From contig MU057637.1 in NCBI GenBank assembly GCA_013265495.1, forward strand, positions 1-64,000: 64,000 nucleotides of DNA, in the 5' to 3' direction. Positions 26,373-38,524 of this stretch are shown here, piece after piece. The stretch's first letter is position 1. Every line of letters begins with the position of its first letter. This DNA is from Vicugna vicugna. Its lineage: Eukaryota. The notes under the pieces are model-generated. The model had not been told where the DNA came from and searched no databases. It saw only the letters and a program-made list of their open reading frames with translations. The position numbers were made by a program, and so were the translations under genes.

Positions 26373-27459
26373 ATGTTTTTGGCGCTCAAGGAGAGTCTCC
26401 AGTTGGACTGGGTGGCCTGGAGCTGCATGTGTTCTACAAGCAGAAGAAGCACAAGTTCATCTTCATCAACTCCTGGAATGAGATTGAGGGCAGTTTTGCC
26501 ATAACCTGCTACAACCGGATGGCCCAGAGGCAGAGGAGCGGCACCAGCGGTCAGGTGGGTGCGGGATGGGGCGCCAAGCCTGGCACACCCATGTCCAACA
26601 GGACCTGCAGGCTGTATAGCCCAGCAGGCAGGGGTTGGCCTGAGGCCACTGCCTCAGTGACTCAGGACAGAAGCCCTGGGCCCAGAGGCTCCCGTCCTGG
26701 ACCCATAGGCTCCCATCCTGGACGGAGGGTGGCTCTCCATGGAGCATGTGCAGCCTTCGAGGGGACCTGCTGCCCTGAAGTTTGTCTGGAAAAGAGGTGG
26801 GAAGCCCTATCTGGATCCTGGTGTGGGCCAAGTCCAGCCCGATCCTGAGCACAACTGCAGGTAGAGATGTGCCGCTGTGGCAGCCCTCTTGGCGCCTATG
26901 GAGGCCCAGGTGTCCTCAGTGCGGGTAGTGAGCGCCTGCAGGATGGTCACCTAGATTGAGGTGCTAGAAATGGTGAGGGAGGGTGAGGCGGATCCGGCAT
27001 ACCTGGGACTCTCGGTCACGAAGCTTTGGACGCCCGCCGTGGAGCTGGAGTCCCCGCCAAGGCGTGAAGCTGGGCCGGGCACTTCTTCCAGGATCTGCGC
27101 TCAGTGCACCAGCAGCCAAGCCCCGTGAACTCGCAGCTGGAGCCGTGCTTGCTGGTATTCCTCGAGGAGATCTTGGGCATGTGGACAGTGCTATTTGGGG
27201 GCGTCCCGGAGGTGACTGAGCAGGAGATCGCCACTGTTACTGGGAAAAGGGAAATAAGAATTACCTCGTTTCTTAGTCACCCCTCAAAGAAAGAATTTTT
27301 AACGAGAGAAAGAAAGTGTGATATAAGTCAGATTTTTATTAGTAAAATAAAAAGGTAGTAAAAATTCGTATATTCCCAAGAATTTGGAGCTGGCCAATCC
27401 AAGAGGGGAAAAATGGCGCTGCTTCTTTGTTTTTCTGTCTTACATCCTGGCTTAGGGGC

Positions 27460-27492
<33 letters not shown>

Positions 27493-28048
27493 TTGATTGA
27501 TTGATTAATGGCTCAGGTTCTTTGAGTGAACAAGCTGATTGACAACTCAAGTTCCTTATGCTCTGGTTGACAGCTCAGGTTCCTTGTGCTCTGGCATGCC
27601 CATCCCCTTTTGGGCAGGTTTTTACCCATGAAGCACATAGAGAAACCAATGGGAGGGGGCTCAGACTGTAATGTTAATTACATTACAATGAGCATTGATT
27701 GAAGTTATGCCGGGTCCTTGTCTTATATGCAGCCGCAGCATTTTGATTTTAACTGGCTTCTTTTGCTGGCCCTCATTTAGAGAAAGTAAAAATTTCTGGA
27801 AACCCTAATCCTGAATGCATACATACTGTTATTTCCTGGATTGTTCCTTCCCCCTTCCTCTCCCCCTGCCCAATGCTCATTTCTATCTAACTACCTACCA
27901 TCACCGAATTCAGGTCTACTTGGGCCACGACCTGGACACCTGTGGCTGGAAGATCCTCTCCCAAGAATTCTTCATGGAAACCCACGACCGGGAGTATTAT
28001 GAACCCTTAGCAAGCTGCAGCAGGAGGGCCAGGAAAGGTATCTAGGAG
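26373..28048 (+). pseudogene. JMY: Non-processed, disabled copy of JMY coding exon 1 (junction-mediating and regulatory protein)
   Basis: Translated pieces are colinear with recalled JMY N-terminus: MFLALKESLQLDWVA / HVFYKQKKHKFIFINSWNEIEGSFAITCYNRMAQRQRSG / SPAGRGWPEATAS / EAQVSSVRVVSA / VNSQLEPCLLVFLEEILGMWTVLFGGVPEVTEQEI / QVYLGHDLDTCGWKILSQ / RARKGI*E. It ends at donor GAG|GTAAGG (28048/28049). It carries frameshifts, stops (e.g. TAG 28043-28045) and an LTR insertion. Confidence 0.95.
27235..27900 (-). mobile_element. Solo LTR inside the JMY exon, containing (TG)n and (GATT)n microsatellites
   Basis: TGTTAC...TACCA termini; imperfect 4-bp TSD CCAC/TCAC; AATAAA on the minus strand near 27335-27340. 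JMY codons stop and resume at the two ends. The minus-strand start (TGGTAGGTAGTTAGATA) resembles the LTR at 41578. Confidence 0.88.
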
Positions 28049-28366
28049 GTAAGGACCTAGTCTGGGCTCCAGTCATAGCTTTTGGTTACTCACTGCCAAA
28101 GGCTGGAGCCTAGGTCTAGGCTGTGCGCTTCTGGGACACTTGTTTTTCTAGACAAGGGAAAAGGAAAACCTGCTTGTGTATTTTCAATTTCTTGTCCGAT
28201 GGTGGATCACAGTCCCTTATCCTAACAACAGAGTTCTTTCTCACAGGTTTGCGTTTCTCTCACAAAGCCCACACTGGGCTTTACACATGGAAAGTGCAAA
28301 TTGGAAACCATCCAATAAGTTATTTTTTTTCCCCAGGCTTCCCCTTGTAAAGCAGAAAGCTGAAAG

Positions 28367-28437
28367 NNNNNNNNNNNNNNNNNNNNNNNNNNNNNNNNNN
28401 NNNNNNNNNNNNNNNNNNNNNNNNNNNNNNNNNNNNN
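28367..28437. other. Assembly gap
   Basis: Run of N. Confidence 1.
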
Positions 28438-29385
28438 ACTTCCCAGGATGGGTGGGCCCACCACACCTGTCACTCCTGCTTAGGCTCTGGTGACCTTGTT
28501 GTCACTGCGCTGCTCCCAGGAGCACAGAGGAGAAGGCCACGGAGCCTCCACCAGGGCAGCGGTGACTGCTCCTACCCACCAGGTTGTCCTGGGAAACAAC
28601 GGCCACTCCAACCTGTGCTCAGAGAGGTGAAAAGACACTAACCACTGTCCCCGGTGTCCGTGAATCACGTGACCATAGTGGGTCATGTGACAGCCTGGGG
28701 GCTGAAGTCCACCCCTTAGACCTTCTGGGAAAGCACGAAATTCAGAGGCAAAAGTAGGTGAGGCCTGGATGCTCACTTCATGTTTGGGACAGCAGGGCCG
28801 AGACTGTCCTCAGACCCGCTCCTCAGGGCTTTAAATTTGGGGTCACTCCCCTCTGCTGCCCCTGCTCTGCTGCGGGTGTGCCTTTTTCCTCCCACCGCCT
28901 TGAGAAACTACACTTCCTGGGGCAGGGGACAGTTTGCATGAGTTCTGCCTTTGGCCCAGAATTTGGGGCCAAGACCTTAACTGCCCCCACCCAGAACAAC
29001 AGAAATGCAGATGATGGGGGTTGTGGGGTGGGGGAGGAGCTATTGTGCAGATCTGGCCAGGTATAGTCCACGTCTCCACACCTCCCACCTCTGAGAAAGG
29101 GAGCTAGGGTTGGAGCTGCCTCAGGGAACTACAGTCAGGTTGGTAACTTAATCCCAAATGGGAGTTCAAGATTAAAAAAAAGTTCTTTACACTCTAGTTG
29201 CAGTTTTCTGTAAGTTTCAGATTGTTTTAAACTAAATAAAAAATAATTTGTGGTTTTAAAAGAGAAATTAATCATTCTTACACGGGTCTATAAAAAGAGC
29301 TTTAAATGTCACTAATATGATGTGTTTTGCAATGATAATGTAAGAAATTAAAACCCAGTCATCTAGAGATCACAAATTCATTTAT

Positions 29386-29721
29386 TAAAAATGATCCTGG
29401 AATTATATAGCTAGAAGTTTTAAACTTTAAGAAGCCAAAAAGAAAATTCTACATGTTACCAATATTTGCATACCGAATTTGTTATAAATTGCTATTTAAA
29501 ACAAAAACTATGGTAGAAATTTCTGTGGTTTATGACACTGGCATTTCATCTCTAAAAATGATCCTGGAATTACATAGCTAGAAGTTTTAAACTTTAAGAA
29601 GCCAAAAAGAAAATTCTACATGTTACCAATATTTGCATACCGAATTTGTTATAAATTGCTATTTAAAACAAAAACTATGGTAGAAATTTCTGTGGTTTAT
29701 GACACTGGCATTTCATCTCTA
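29386..29721. repeat. Tandem duplication, 2 x 167 bp, one visible mismatch
   Basis: taaaaatgatcctggaatta(t/c)atagc...catctct starts at 29386 and again at 29553. Confidence 0.95.
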
Positions 29722-29758
29722 GGATAGACAGGCTTCTTAAGAAAAACATCTTAAAGAG

Positions 29759-30045
29759 TATTATGGACTGAATGTTCACACGTTCAAATTCTATTCTGCC
29801 CCTCCACCCCCTTCCTTTTCCTCCTTATGAGATGCTCAGAGGTACTAAGAGGTGAGGCCTTCGGAAGGTGATAAGGATTAGATGAGGTCGCGAAGGTGGA
29901 GCCCTCCTGAATGGGATAAGTGTCCTTATAAGAGTCATCAGTCTGCACCGCTTTCCTTCCGCCCTTCGTTCTGGAGTGAGGCCAGACCCAGGCACTGAGC
30001 AAGCAAGACTGCGAGCTGAGATTCTGGAGCTGCTGCCACCACCGC
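29759..30045 (+). mobile_element. MaLR (MLT1-like) LTR fragment
   Basis: tattatggactgaatgtt...ggtgaggccttcggaaggtgataaggattagatgaggtc...gtgtccttataagag is typical MLT1 wording. Confidence 0.7.
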
Positions 30046-30049
30046 CAGC

Positions 30050-30760
30050 ATGACAGCGAGGGAGCACCCGAGGGACCCAGCCCCTGTGCGCTGGCCCAGC
30101 CGAGACCCGCGCCCAACCTGGGGCCAGCGGGAGCCCCGCCCCCGTCTCCCCCTCCCCTCCCCCCGGCAGCCGCAGCTGCACAGGCCGGAGCCCGAGCCGG
30201 CGGCCGGGGGCCGGGAGGCGGCTACCTCGGGCGGGCCTAGTCATCGGCTCCGTGGTGAGAGGGCGCTGAGAAGGGGCCGGAGCTTCTGTCTCATCCTGGG
30301 GCGTGGGGCAAGGGACCCCCAAGGTGGAGGGACGGGGTCCCAGCCGCAGCGACACCTGTGGGAGCCGGAAGCCGGGGCGGCGCCAAGCGGAGCTGGCTGG
30401 ATCCCCCACCTCGGTGCCATCTCCGCCACCCTCCTGCGTCTATAGCATCTCGACCCTGAGTATATGAGCCGGGACCCCAAGTTCGGCCAACAGTCCCCAG
30501 CCAGGGGTGTGGGCGGGGACCCCAATATGAAGTAGTGGCCCGGGCAGCGGGATCAGCAGGACCGGCGCCGCCATCCTTTCCTTCTCTCCTACTCCCCTCT
30601 GCCCCCTTGGGGGTCTTCTCCCTCAACCAGTCACTGGACCCTGACTCCTCGGCAGGACTCCGGGAGGAGGTCTTAGGGCCCCACCCCCTACCCCAGCCCC
30701 GAGGGCGGCGGGTTTGGGGGGACCTGGAGGGCCGACTGCAGCCTTCGCCCAGAGGGAACT
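30050..30760 (+). promoter_or_regulatory. CpG island, probable promoter and first exon of an unidentified gene with a long first intron
   Basis: CpG-rich with GC boxes (ccccgccccc near 30133). Candidate donor GTG|GTGAGA at 30254/30255. Downstream DNA is T-skewed and most L1/SINE inserts are antisense, as expected for a plus-strand intron. Confidence 0.6.
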
Positions 30761-33700
30761 TTATTAAAATCAAAGTACAGAGCATCCCAAACCTGACTGT
30801 CCAGGGACAAGTGGACCAGGACCGGCAGAAGACCCAGCCTGAAGAGGCCCAGAAAGAGAAGAGGAGGGAAGTGGGGCCGCTGCCTCCTCTGCTCTGTCGG
30901 TGATGAAAAGACCTGGGTGGCTGCCCGGCTTAGCGGTACCAGCCCCGCTTATTCCTCAGTAAGGCGCAGGCCCTGCCGCAGCTGCCGCCTCCATCCCGAG
31001 GAGGAAGGGAACCAGCCCACTTACAGCGCTCTGGCTCTTCTGTAAAGTGTGAGTGGCTCTGGGAAGGGGAGTCGAGGGATGGGGAGGAGGAGGGTGCCTG
31101 TGCATCCTGCGGTGTTTTGCCGATGTTTTCCTGGAGTGTTGGGATCATATAGATGAGCCGGGGTACCTGAGTCCTCACTATGGGCAGAAGGCATCAGGCA
31201 GTCCCATGTTTTGTAACATTTTAGTTCTCTGTGGTGTGATACGCAAGCCTGCAGGTTTCTTTTTGTGGAGTTCTGACTTCTGCAGAGTGGACACTTGCAT
31301 GTTTCTGGCCATTAATTGGTAAAAGGAAACTGAGGAAGCCAGAGCATATGTGCGCACAGAGGACATCTCTGTGTATGTAGCTTTTCCTGGTACATCGGGT
31401 GGGAAACAGCGCTGTAGGTTTTGTTTCTGGGCAACTATTACTTGGGTCCCCAAATGGAAGCCTCTGACTCTGTGAGGCCCTGAATGTAAAATTTATTTTC
31501 TTTTCTGCAGTCTTCCTTGAGAGTTTTCATTTCGGCACAGGAGCTTTTTACCTTCTCATTTCCTGGGTGCAGTTCCTGTGTATCAGCAGGACGTGGTAAC
31601 AGAGATCAGTTACTCAGGAAACTTGGGGTTCTTAGGAATCATAACTGATTTGGGGGAGAGCATTTTGTACTTTAACCAGTTTATTAAAGACGTATTTCAT
31701 TTTTCCGTAGCCAAATTTTTTTTTCCTGAGTAGCATATGTCCTAATCGACAGCATTTTTTAATTGGTGGAATGACTTGTGACTTGTTTCAGTTGTCTTCT
31801 CTATCAAATGAGAATGATTTTTTATCCCCTTTTGTTACTTTAAAGGAGAAGCCTACAGAATCTTTGATTTGTATTTTAAGTATCCTCTCAGAGTGCCAAA
31901 TTAAGGTGCAGGAAGATAATGAATATTTTGTATATTTATGCAGAATTTAAGTGTTAGGCATAGGTGGAATTTTACATAACAACGCAGACAGTGCCATACT
32001 GAGGATCACAGGCCCCCGGAAAGCTGTGTGGGCTGAGTTCTGAAGCCACTGCTGAGAGAGGCTCTGTGGAGTGAATGCAAGCCTGGGTCATCTGTGTTAA
32101 CTTTTCCATTCAGGACCTTGATCAAACTTATTTAAAACTTCCTCAAACACTTTTTAGCCTGTACTTTTTTCTTCTAAAGTGACAAATTCTACAAGTTTTT
32201 TAGCCCTCGATTAGCAATTCATTTATGTATCCGAAACCTGTCTCTTTAAAGTTCCAGGACAAGTCCTGAGCGTGTGTTTTGAGAAATGCTAAAATGAGCT
32301 GGAGTTCATCTTTTCCTGGTTTTGTAGATTTTCATTATTCCTCTTTACCATCATCATTCCTGACTGTTTTTGTCTGTTTTACAATCACTTTGCCCTCCCC
32401 TGGAACTTCTCCAGCTGTTTTATTCTTCTTTATATGCCTTGTTCTTGTTATGCCTTTGTTATGAACCTTAAATTCTGTCTATTTTAAATAGATGCTGACA
32501 TTAAATTATTGTGTAATGGATGTAATGTTAGATGTGAGATCAAAGACAACTGTTGCTGGACCTGTTATTTTGTGACCATGAGGAAGTCATGTATCCCATG
32601 TTCCACAAAGATAGGAAGAGAAATCTAGTCCTGCATAGGCTGCTTTTGGGGGGTAGGAAGGGAGGACAAACCAACAAAATAGTTTGAGTGTAAATTATAC
32701 TCCATCAGAGTTTCTTAGTAAATTTAAGACTTTTACTGCTTTTACTATAGATTGGTTAAAACTCATGTCAGTGTTTTATTGCATATTTATTTAGGAGCAA
32801 AGAAACAACAAAGTAATTGGGGGTCCCTGCCTTTGAGATGCTTTTACTTATGAATAGCAGAGACAATGATACACAGATTGCACAAAACTGTAGGGAAAGG
32901 GAAATGAACCAGTTTTTAATCTATGACCACTATATGCCAGAAAGTTTTTGGTATATTATAGATGTAAGTGTGTTTGTACATTTTTCATTGGGGAAATGTT
33001 GATATTGGACTACACAGAACATATTGGAGTGTCTGAGCCAGTGGAAGAAAAGAGCAGCTGGAGATAGTGTTGAAGACTTTTGGAACTGGAGGATGTGGGG
33101 AGCAGAGGTAATTAGGAAGATGGTTGATGGGAAATCACAGGGAAGTTGTTGAGTAGCTTAGGGTCAGTTTGTGCTTGTGTGGGTATGTGTTTACAGCTCA
33201 AAGAATCAGTTGAGAACAATGTTCCTGAAAGGGTAGCTTAAAACCATAGAGAAATTGTATTTTAAACCAAGACATTATACTTGGATTAGGATTTTGTTTT
33301 TCTAGGGAGCCAAGATTTTTATACCATGGTCACTGAAGAGCAATACAGATGGAGGAGTGAAAAAGGTGTTTCCAATATATTAGCATGGTGCTAGTGGTTT
33401 CTGATACAAAGTAATTCAGAAATGGGGCAGTGGACTTTGTTTTGGACAATAAATTTTCGAGTTGAAGTTGGATACTGATGAAATCTCAAGACAGTAAAAT
33501 AATGAGCAATATGCTGAAAATGTAGAATTGGAAGTCATTATCAAAGTATTAAAGTTTCTCAAGAGTGCTGATGGAGAGCAAAGAGCTGACAAATGGGTAT
33601 TTTTACTTGGGAGAGGAGAATCTGTTAAAGTTAGCAAAGGTACAGTAAGAACAGAGATGGATGAGACTCTCCCTAAAATAGATATTTCTAAAGTGAGTAA

Positions 33701-34254
33701 AACTTGAAGTGGAAAAGGAGGAACAGCCAGTCTCAGGACACATGATTATTTTTGAAACTACTGGCAAGCTTTTTGTAGGGTATGTCTCTTGAGGTTAAGT
33801 TCAAAAGAATATGTAGGGTTTCAATGTTAAGGAACTTACACATAAAGGACAGATCTGTTTCACCAAATTCATGTTTTTAAAATTTGCCTTTCATTATCAT
33901 ACTGAGTTTTGTCCCCAACATGATGAAGTGGGGCTAAAATAGCTGGCAAAGAAGGCTGCTTCTCCTGCTGGCAGGTGGTGTGTGTATTTGTGTCCCATAC
34001 AGTGGACGGGACAGCCCTTTGCTGGCATAGCATTGCTGAAAATGCCTTTAAAAAATCTTTTTATTAAAAAACTAACAAATAAAACCAACTTGACACTTAA
34101 AAACTCCTTACATTTTTGAAGCATAAGATGCTGGAAGACTGATTTTTTAAAAATTTAAAACAATTTAAAAATTTTCATTGTGAAGCATGGAATTTACTGT
34201 TGATGCCAACAAGGATTGAGGATTGTGAGGTAGGGAATCTCTATAGCCACACTA

Positions 34255-34334
34255 TCTTGTGTTCCTTAGTTTGAATTCACCACCTCCTTTGTAGTCTTGT
34301 GTTTCTTAGTTTGAATTCACCACCTCCTTTGTAG
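34255..34334. repeat. Tandem duplication, 2 x 40 bp
   Basis: tcttgtgtt(c/t)cttagtttgaattcaccacctcctttgtag occurs twice. Confidence 0.95.
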
Positions 34335-34787
34335 CTTCTTTGGCCTTTTCTTAGGAGTGACTGTTCCAATGGCAGAACTTCCAGGTAAGATCTATTTAGA
34401 TGGGGAGCTAGATGTAAGGTGGTTCTGGAACAGATGCCATATGGGCACCTTCCCTCCTCATCCTCTATCTTCCACAACATTTTTATGCAAGTGAAATCAT
34501 GGTTTGATGAACTTTAAAGGGCAGTCTTTTTGGGTTAACATAATTTACTAGTAAAGGCAGTGGGAAGGGTGGGACTCTGGTAGTTGGAAATGGTAACGTC
34601 ATGTGCTTTGCCCTGGCAACTTTGGGATTGATATGAGATGATTAAAAAGACTTAGGAGTGTGCATTTGTGTTTGACACCAGATGAGCTAGCAGCCCATGA
34701 CTAGGCTAGCAGCAGCCCAATGCATGTACATTGGAGATGGTACTTGGAGAAGTCTTGTGCTGCCTCTGACATCTCGTTGTGTAGAGG

Positions 34788-35015
34788 AGGGGTTGGCCAA
34801 CTTTTTTTTTTTTTTTTGGTGATGGACCAGTTAGTAAATATTTTAGATTTTGTGGACCACATGGTCCTGTCACAATGATTCAGTTCTGCTCTTGTAGTGC
34901 AAATACAGCCGCAGACAATCTGTAGGTGAATGAAGGTGACTGTGTTCTAATAAAACCTTATGCATAAAACTGGAGGCAGGATGGGTTTGGCTTATAGTTT
35001 ATGGACCCCTGATGT
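34788..35015. mobile_element. MER58-like (hAT-Charlie) DNA transposon remnant
   Basis: aggggttggccaactttt...ccagttagtaaatattttagattttgtggaccacatggtc...ggacccctg, with an imperfect terminal inverted repeat. Confidence 0.7.
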
Positions 35016-35514
35016 AGACAACTGCCAAGTCCACCTGCATGCAGTCTGAGAATCCCTCTACTGCAAAGCTGAGATTGGCTATTTCAGGTGGCCTCTGTTT
35101 TCTAAGTGAGATGTGTTCCTTGGGGGCTGTCTTAAAATGATTCTGCAGAGTCTACTGTTCAAGTTACTTTTGCCTCCATAGTAATGAAAACCATGGACTG
35201 AGGAACAGGGGCAATGCCATCTATGAAGGGATGCAGCCAAAAAGTAGGGACACTTGCATTTCTTGTTCAAAGATACCATAATATATAAGGTAATACATAG
35301 TGATGTAATGGCTGTGCATCATGGCCAGAAGTGTCTTTGGAGTATCTGAAGAAACTTCTGGGTATAATTTTGAAAGATTCTGAAAATACGTTGTAAAGCA
35401 CTTACTTTAGAAGTGAAATTAGAAGTGCTTATGGTCTGTTTGAACCAGATGGAAGTATTCGTCAAACTGTAAGAACACTGAGGTTTGATACTTAAGGCGT
35501 CTTAGAGCCTTAAC

Positions 35515-35667
35515 CTCCTGCAGCGCCCGGCGCAGCAGCGCGCGGAGTCCCGCTCCGCCGCCCGGTCCTGCTACCGGCGGCTGCTGTTTCCTAGGCGCCC
35601 CGCACAGCGTGTGCGCGTGCGCGTTAGAGCGCTGCCGCAGCCTGGGGTGACGGCAGCGCGGGGCCAA
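35515..35667. promoter_or_regulatory. Small isolated CpG-dense element with an NRF1-type motif
   Basis: About 150 bp, GC/CpG-rich, in AT-rich DNA. TGCGCGTGCGCG at 35612-35623 matches YGCGCAYGCGCR on the minus strand. Confidence 0.55.
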
Positions 35668-38524
35668 TTATTTCCTAAGTGACTCTATCTCACAAGTGTT
35701 GTTTAGAAAGGATAATTCACCTTGGTCAATTTTACATCATAGCTAGCACCACAGCACTCGTTTCATATGTCAACAAATAGCTGCGTTGGATGATGGTATA
35801 TTTTTGCCTGGTTTCATAAATCTTATTTATCTTTGGGTTCCCCAGTTTCCCTTAGGGGAAAGGATTACTCTTCCAATAGTGACACTTTTTAGTTCGTGTC
35901 AAGCCTGCTTTTACTTTACATAGTATTTCTACACATGTAATAGATACTTCAATTCCTCTTCCTTTAAGAAAGGTGCCTGACAGTTTTATATAAACCGACA
36001 TTTTTAGTATACCTTTTAGAAAGAAGGTCACTGTAAAGTTACTTTCCCATTCATTAGGAGATGATTCTTTCCTTGCTGTTTTTGAAGACTTTCTTTTATT
36101 TATTTATTAATTTTTTTGCCTTTTTAGGTAATTTGTCATTCTCAGGCTTAAGGATGGGTGGCAATTTAAAAGACACAAGGTGTTCCTCTCATATCTGCAA
36201 ATATCCCAAATAGAAATGTTCCATATTGTTGACACATTCAGTGGACCAGGGAAAAGAGTGGAGCATTGGTTTATTTTTCCTTTTTAGTGTAGTTGAATTT
36301 TCATTACAAACAGATGAGTAAAGTTGTTTTCAAATAATGAACTCTTGCTGTTCAACCTTTCTCCTTTGAGACTTTTTCCCACTAAGCAGAAAACCAGCCT
36401 GTCTTATTCCTTCATGTAGTTGTAGGTTTTCCTTGCTTTCTCCTGACCCCTCCTGGGCACATTCTCATGCTCCCTTTCATATGTGTTTAGAGTGTATTTC
36501 CTTAATCAACATGACATTTCCTGAACACTATGGGATATATATTTTCTAATAATTATACTTTTACCCACAAGTATATTTAAAATTTCCTCCTATTCTACCT
36601 TCAGAATTTATGAATTATTTGAGGGAACATCTGTCCTTGATCTGGATACTGAGAGACAGACCAATGTATGACAGTTTTTCTAAAATATTCCCTTAAAAAG
36701 TTTTGAGTAACAATTGATTTCTCTAAAATTGTAAGTTGATACAAGTAAATACAAGATCCTATGTTTGTGTTGTGCTATCCTGCAATGCAGACTTTTGAAA
36801 AATAATACAAATGCACAAGAGTCCTTACTGCTTGAGTATCTTATATTTTGCTTTTCCCCCATCACCTTAGGGACAGCTGGCAGATCAGTCAGATAGCATG
36901 AAGTGTCTGTTGCTTTGCTGTGTGGCCTCTGCCCCCTCTTTTTCCAGCTGAAGGTTGGCTAATGGAGACCTGGGTGGCTTCAGGCAGGAGGCAGCATGTG
37001 CTGAGCTTGTGTCTGTGGGAGCCTGAGTCATGCTGGATGCTCCTTTCTGCATGACGGCTATGAACTTAGGGAATATTAATGGTGCAGAATATTTTTCTGT
37101 CACTTAGCCTTTCCTCTGAGATGATCACCCTAGGATAATACATTGAATGCATCAATATTTTGGGCCAAATATGAAGTAGCAAGACACATTGCTGGTTTGT
37201 TTTTGGAAGAATGTATGTATCTTATGAGGCTTTTAAAATGTCATGCTTTTTAGGTTGGTTAAGGGTCTAATAATAGACCTTTGCATGACATCCTCTATGT
37301 CTGAGAAGGACTTGCCTCACTAGTAGTAGTGGGTAATTTGCAACAATCTCATGTTTGGAAGCACTATGCGTATCTGGAGCCAGCACCGTGTTGCTAGTTC
37401 ACTTCTCATTTCCCTCATAAAATATATTCACACTGTGGAGGCAGAAGATTCATTAGTAAGGCAGTGTCATTCTTAGCTATGTGGCCTGGAATGAGTTACT
37501 TACCCTTTTTCGCTATGGGCCTCATCACATGTGGATGGAAAACCATGTCCTTCCCAGGGCTGTTAGGACTAAATGAGATAATATAAAGCACAGGCAGAGC
37601 TCTCCCAGCCCCACGCATAGGTCAGCGTGGCCCCGCACTATTAATGTGAGTTAAAGGTCATTTACAGTGTGCCGCAGACAGAAGGCTAAGGTCAGGCTTT
37701 ATGTTGCCCAACACTTAAACTCAGCCCTGGAGTTTGACAAATAAAACTGAAATAATTCTACAGTGTTTTCAAAAGCATCTGTACTAGTGTGTGATTCATT
37801 AACATATTATTTAAAAATCTTAAAAAGTAGAGAAATGACAGAACTACTGTGCTTATTATTTACAGAAAAGAAAGACTAATTTGAACATAATTAGAGTTTG
37901 AATTCATCTCCAAAGACCTCCGTAGTGCTTAGATCAGAAAGAATGTTTTTGATGAATTCATTGATTAGCTCTGAAAGTGACTTTGGTTTAAATTGTCCGT
38001 TTGGAAATATCTATTTTTTTAAACATCCTTTGGTTTAATGCTTCGAAATGAAAAGCTTAAAAAAATACAGGAAGAAGTTTAATAAGTTTAATTTGTATCA
38101 TTACATCTCAAACTATGATTGATGGAATTTTATTCAGGTGGTTTTGTTGTAACTGAATTTTGATTTTCTCCTTTTCCTAAAATGATGTGAAGGTGGGGTG
38201 GACATTCCCTTTTCATGCTTAATATTTATTAAATACAGGATCCGTTTTCAGAAATAATTTTCCTTTCCTTCCTTAGATTTGGCATAATCAGTGTTCAGCT
38301 GACAAATTCAAGAAATAAATGCTTCTTCTTCTTTTTTTTTTTTTGTATTTGGGAAGTATTTCTACTTTGAGAGCAATATGAATTTGCTTTCATAGTCTGT
38401 TTATTTAATAGAGTTCTATATTTAAGACAAGTGTATGAAAAAAATCCAAAGGCAGAAAGAAAAGATTGAGATATGTTTCTTAGTACTTTTTATCTTGCCA
38501 ACTCTTGTCCTCATTCCCTGACTG

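Noticed and set aside
26373..28048. Functional JMY gene or processed JMY retrocopy
   Set aside because: Stops, frameshifts and the LTR exclude function. The retained donor and absent exon 2 exclude retroposition.
29784..30903. ORFs of 110-194 aa
   Set aside because: Span the MLT1 fragment and CpG island in several frames; no protein similarity recognised.
34255..34334. CRISPR-like repeat
   Set aside because: Only two adjacent copies with no spacer, in mammalian DNA.
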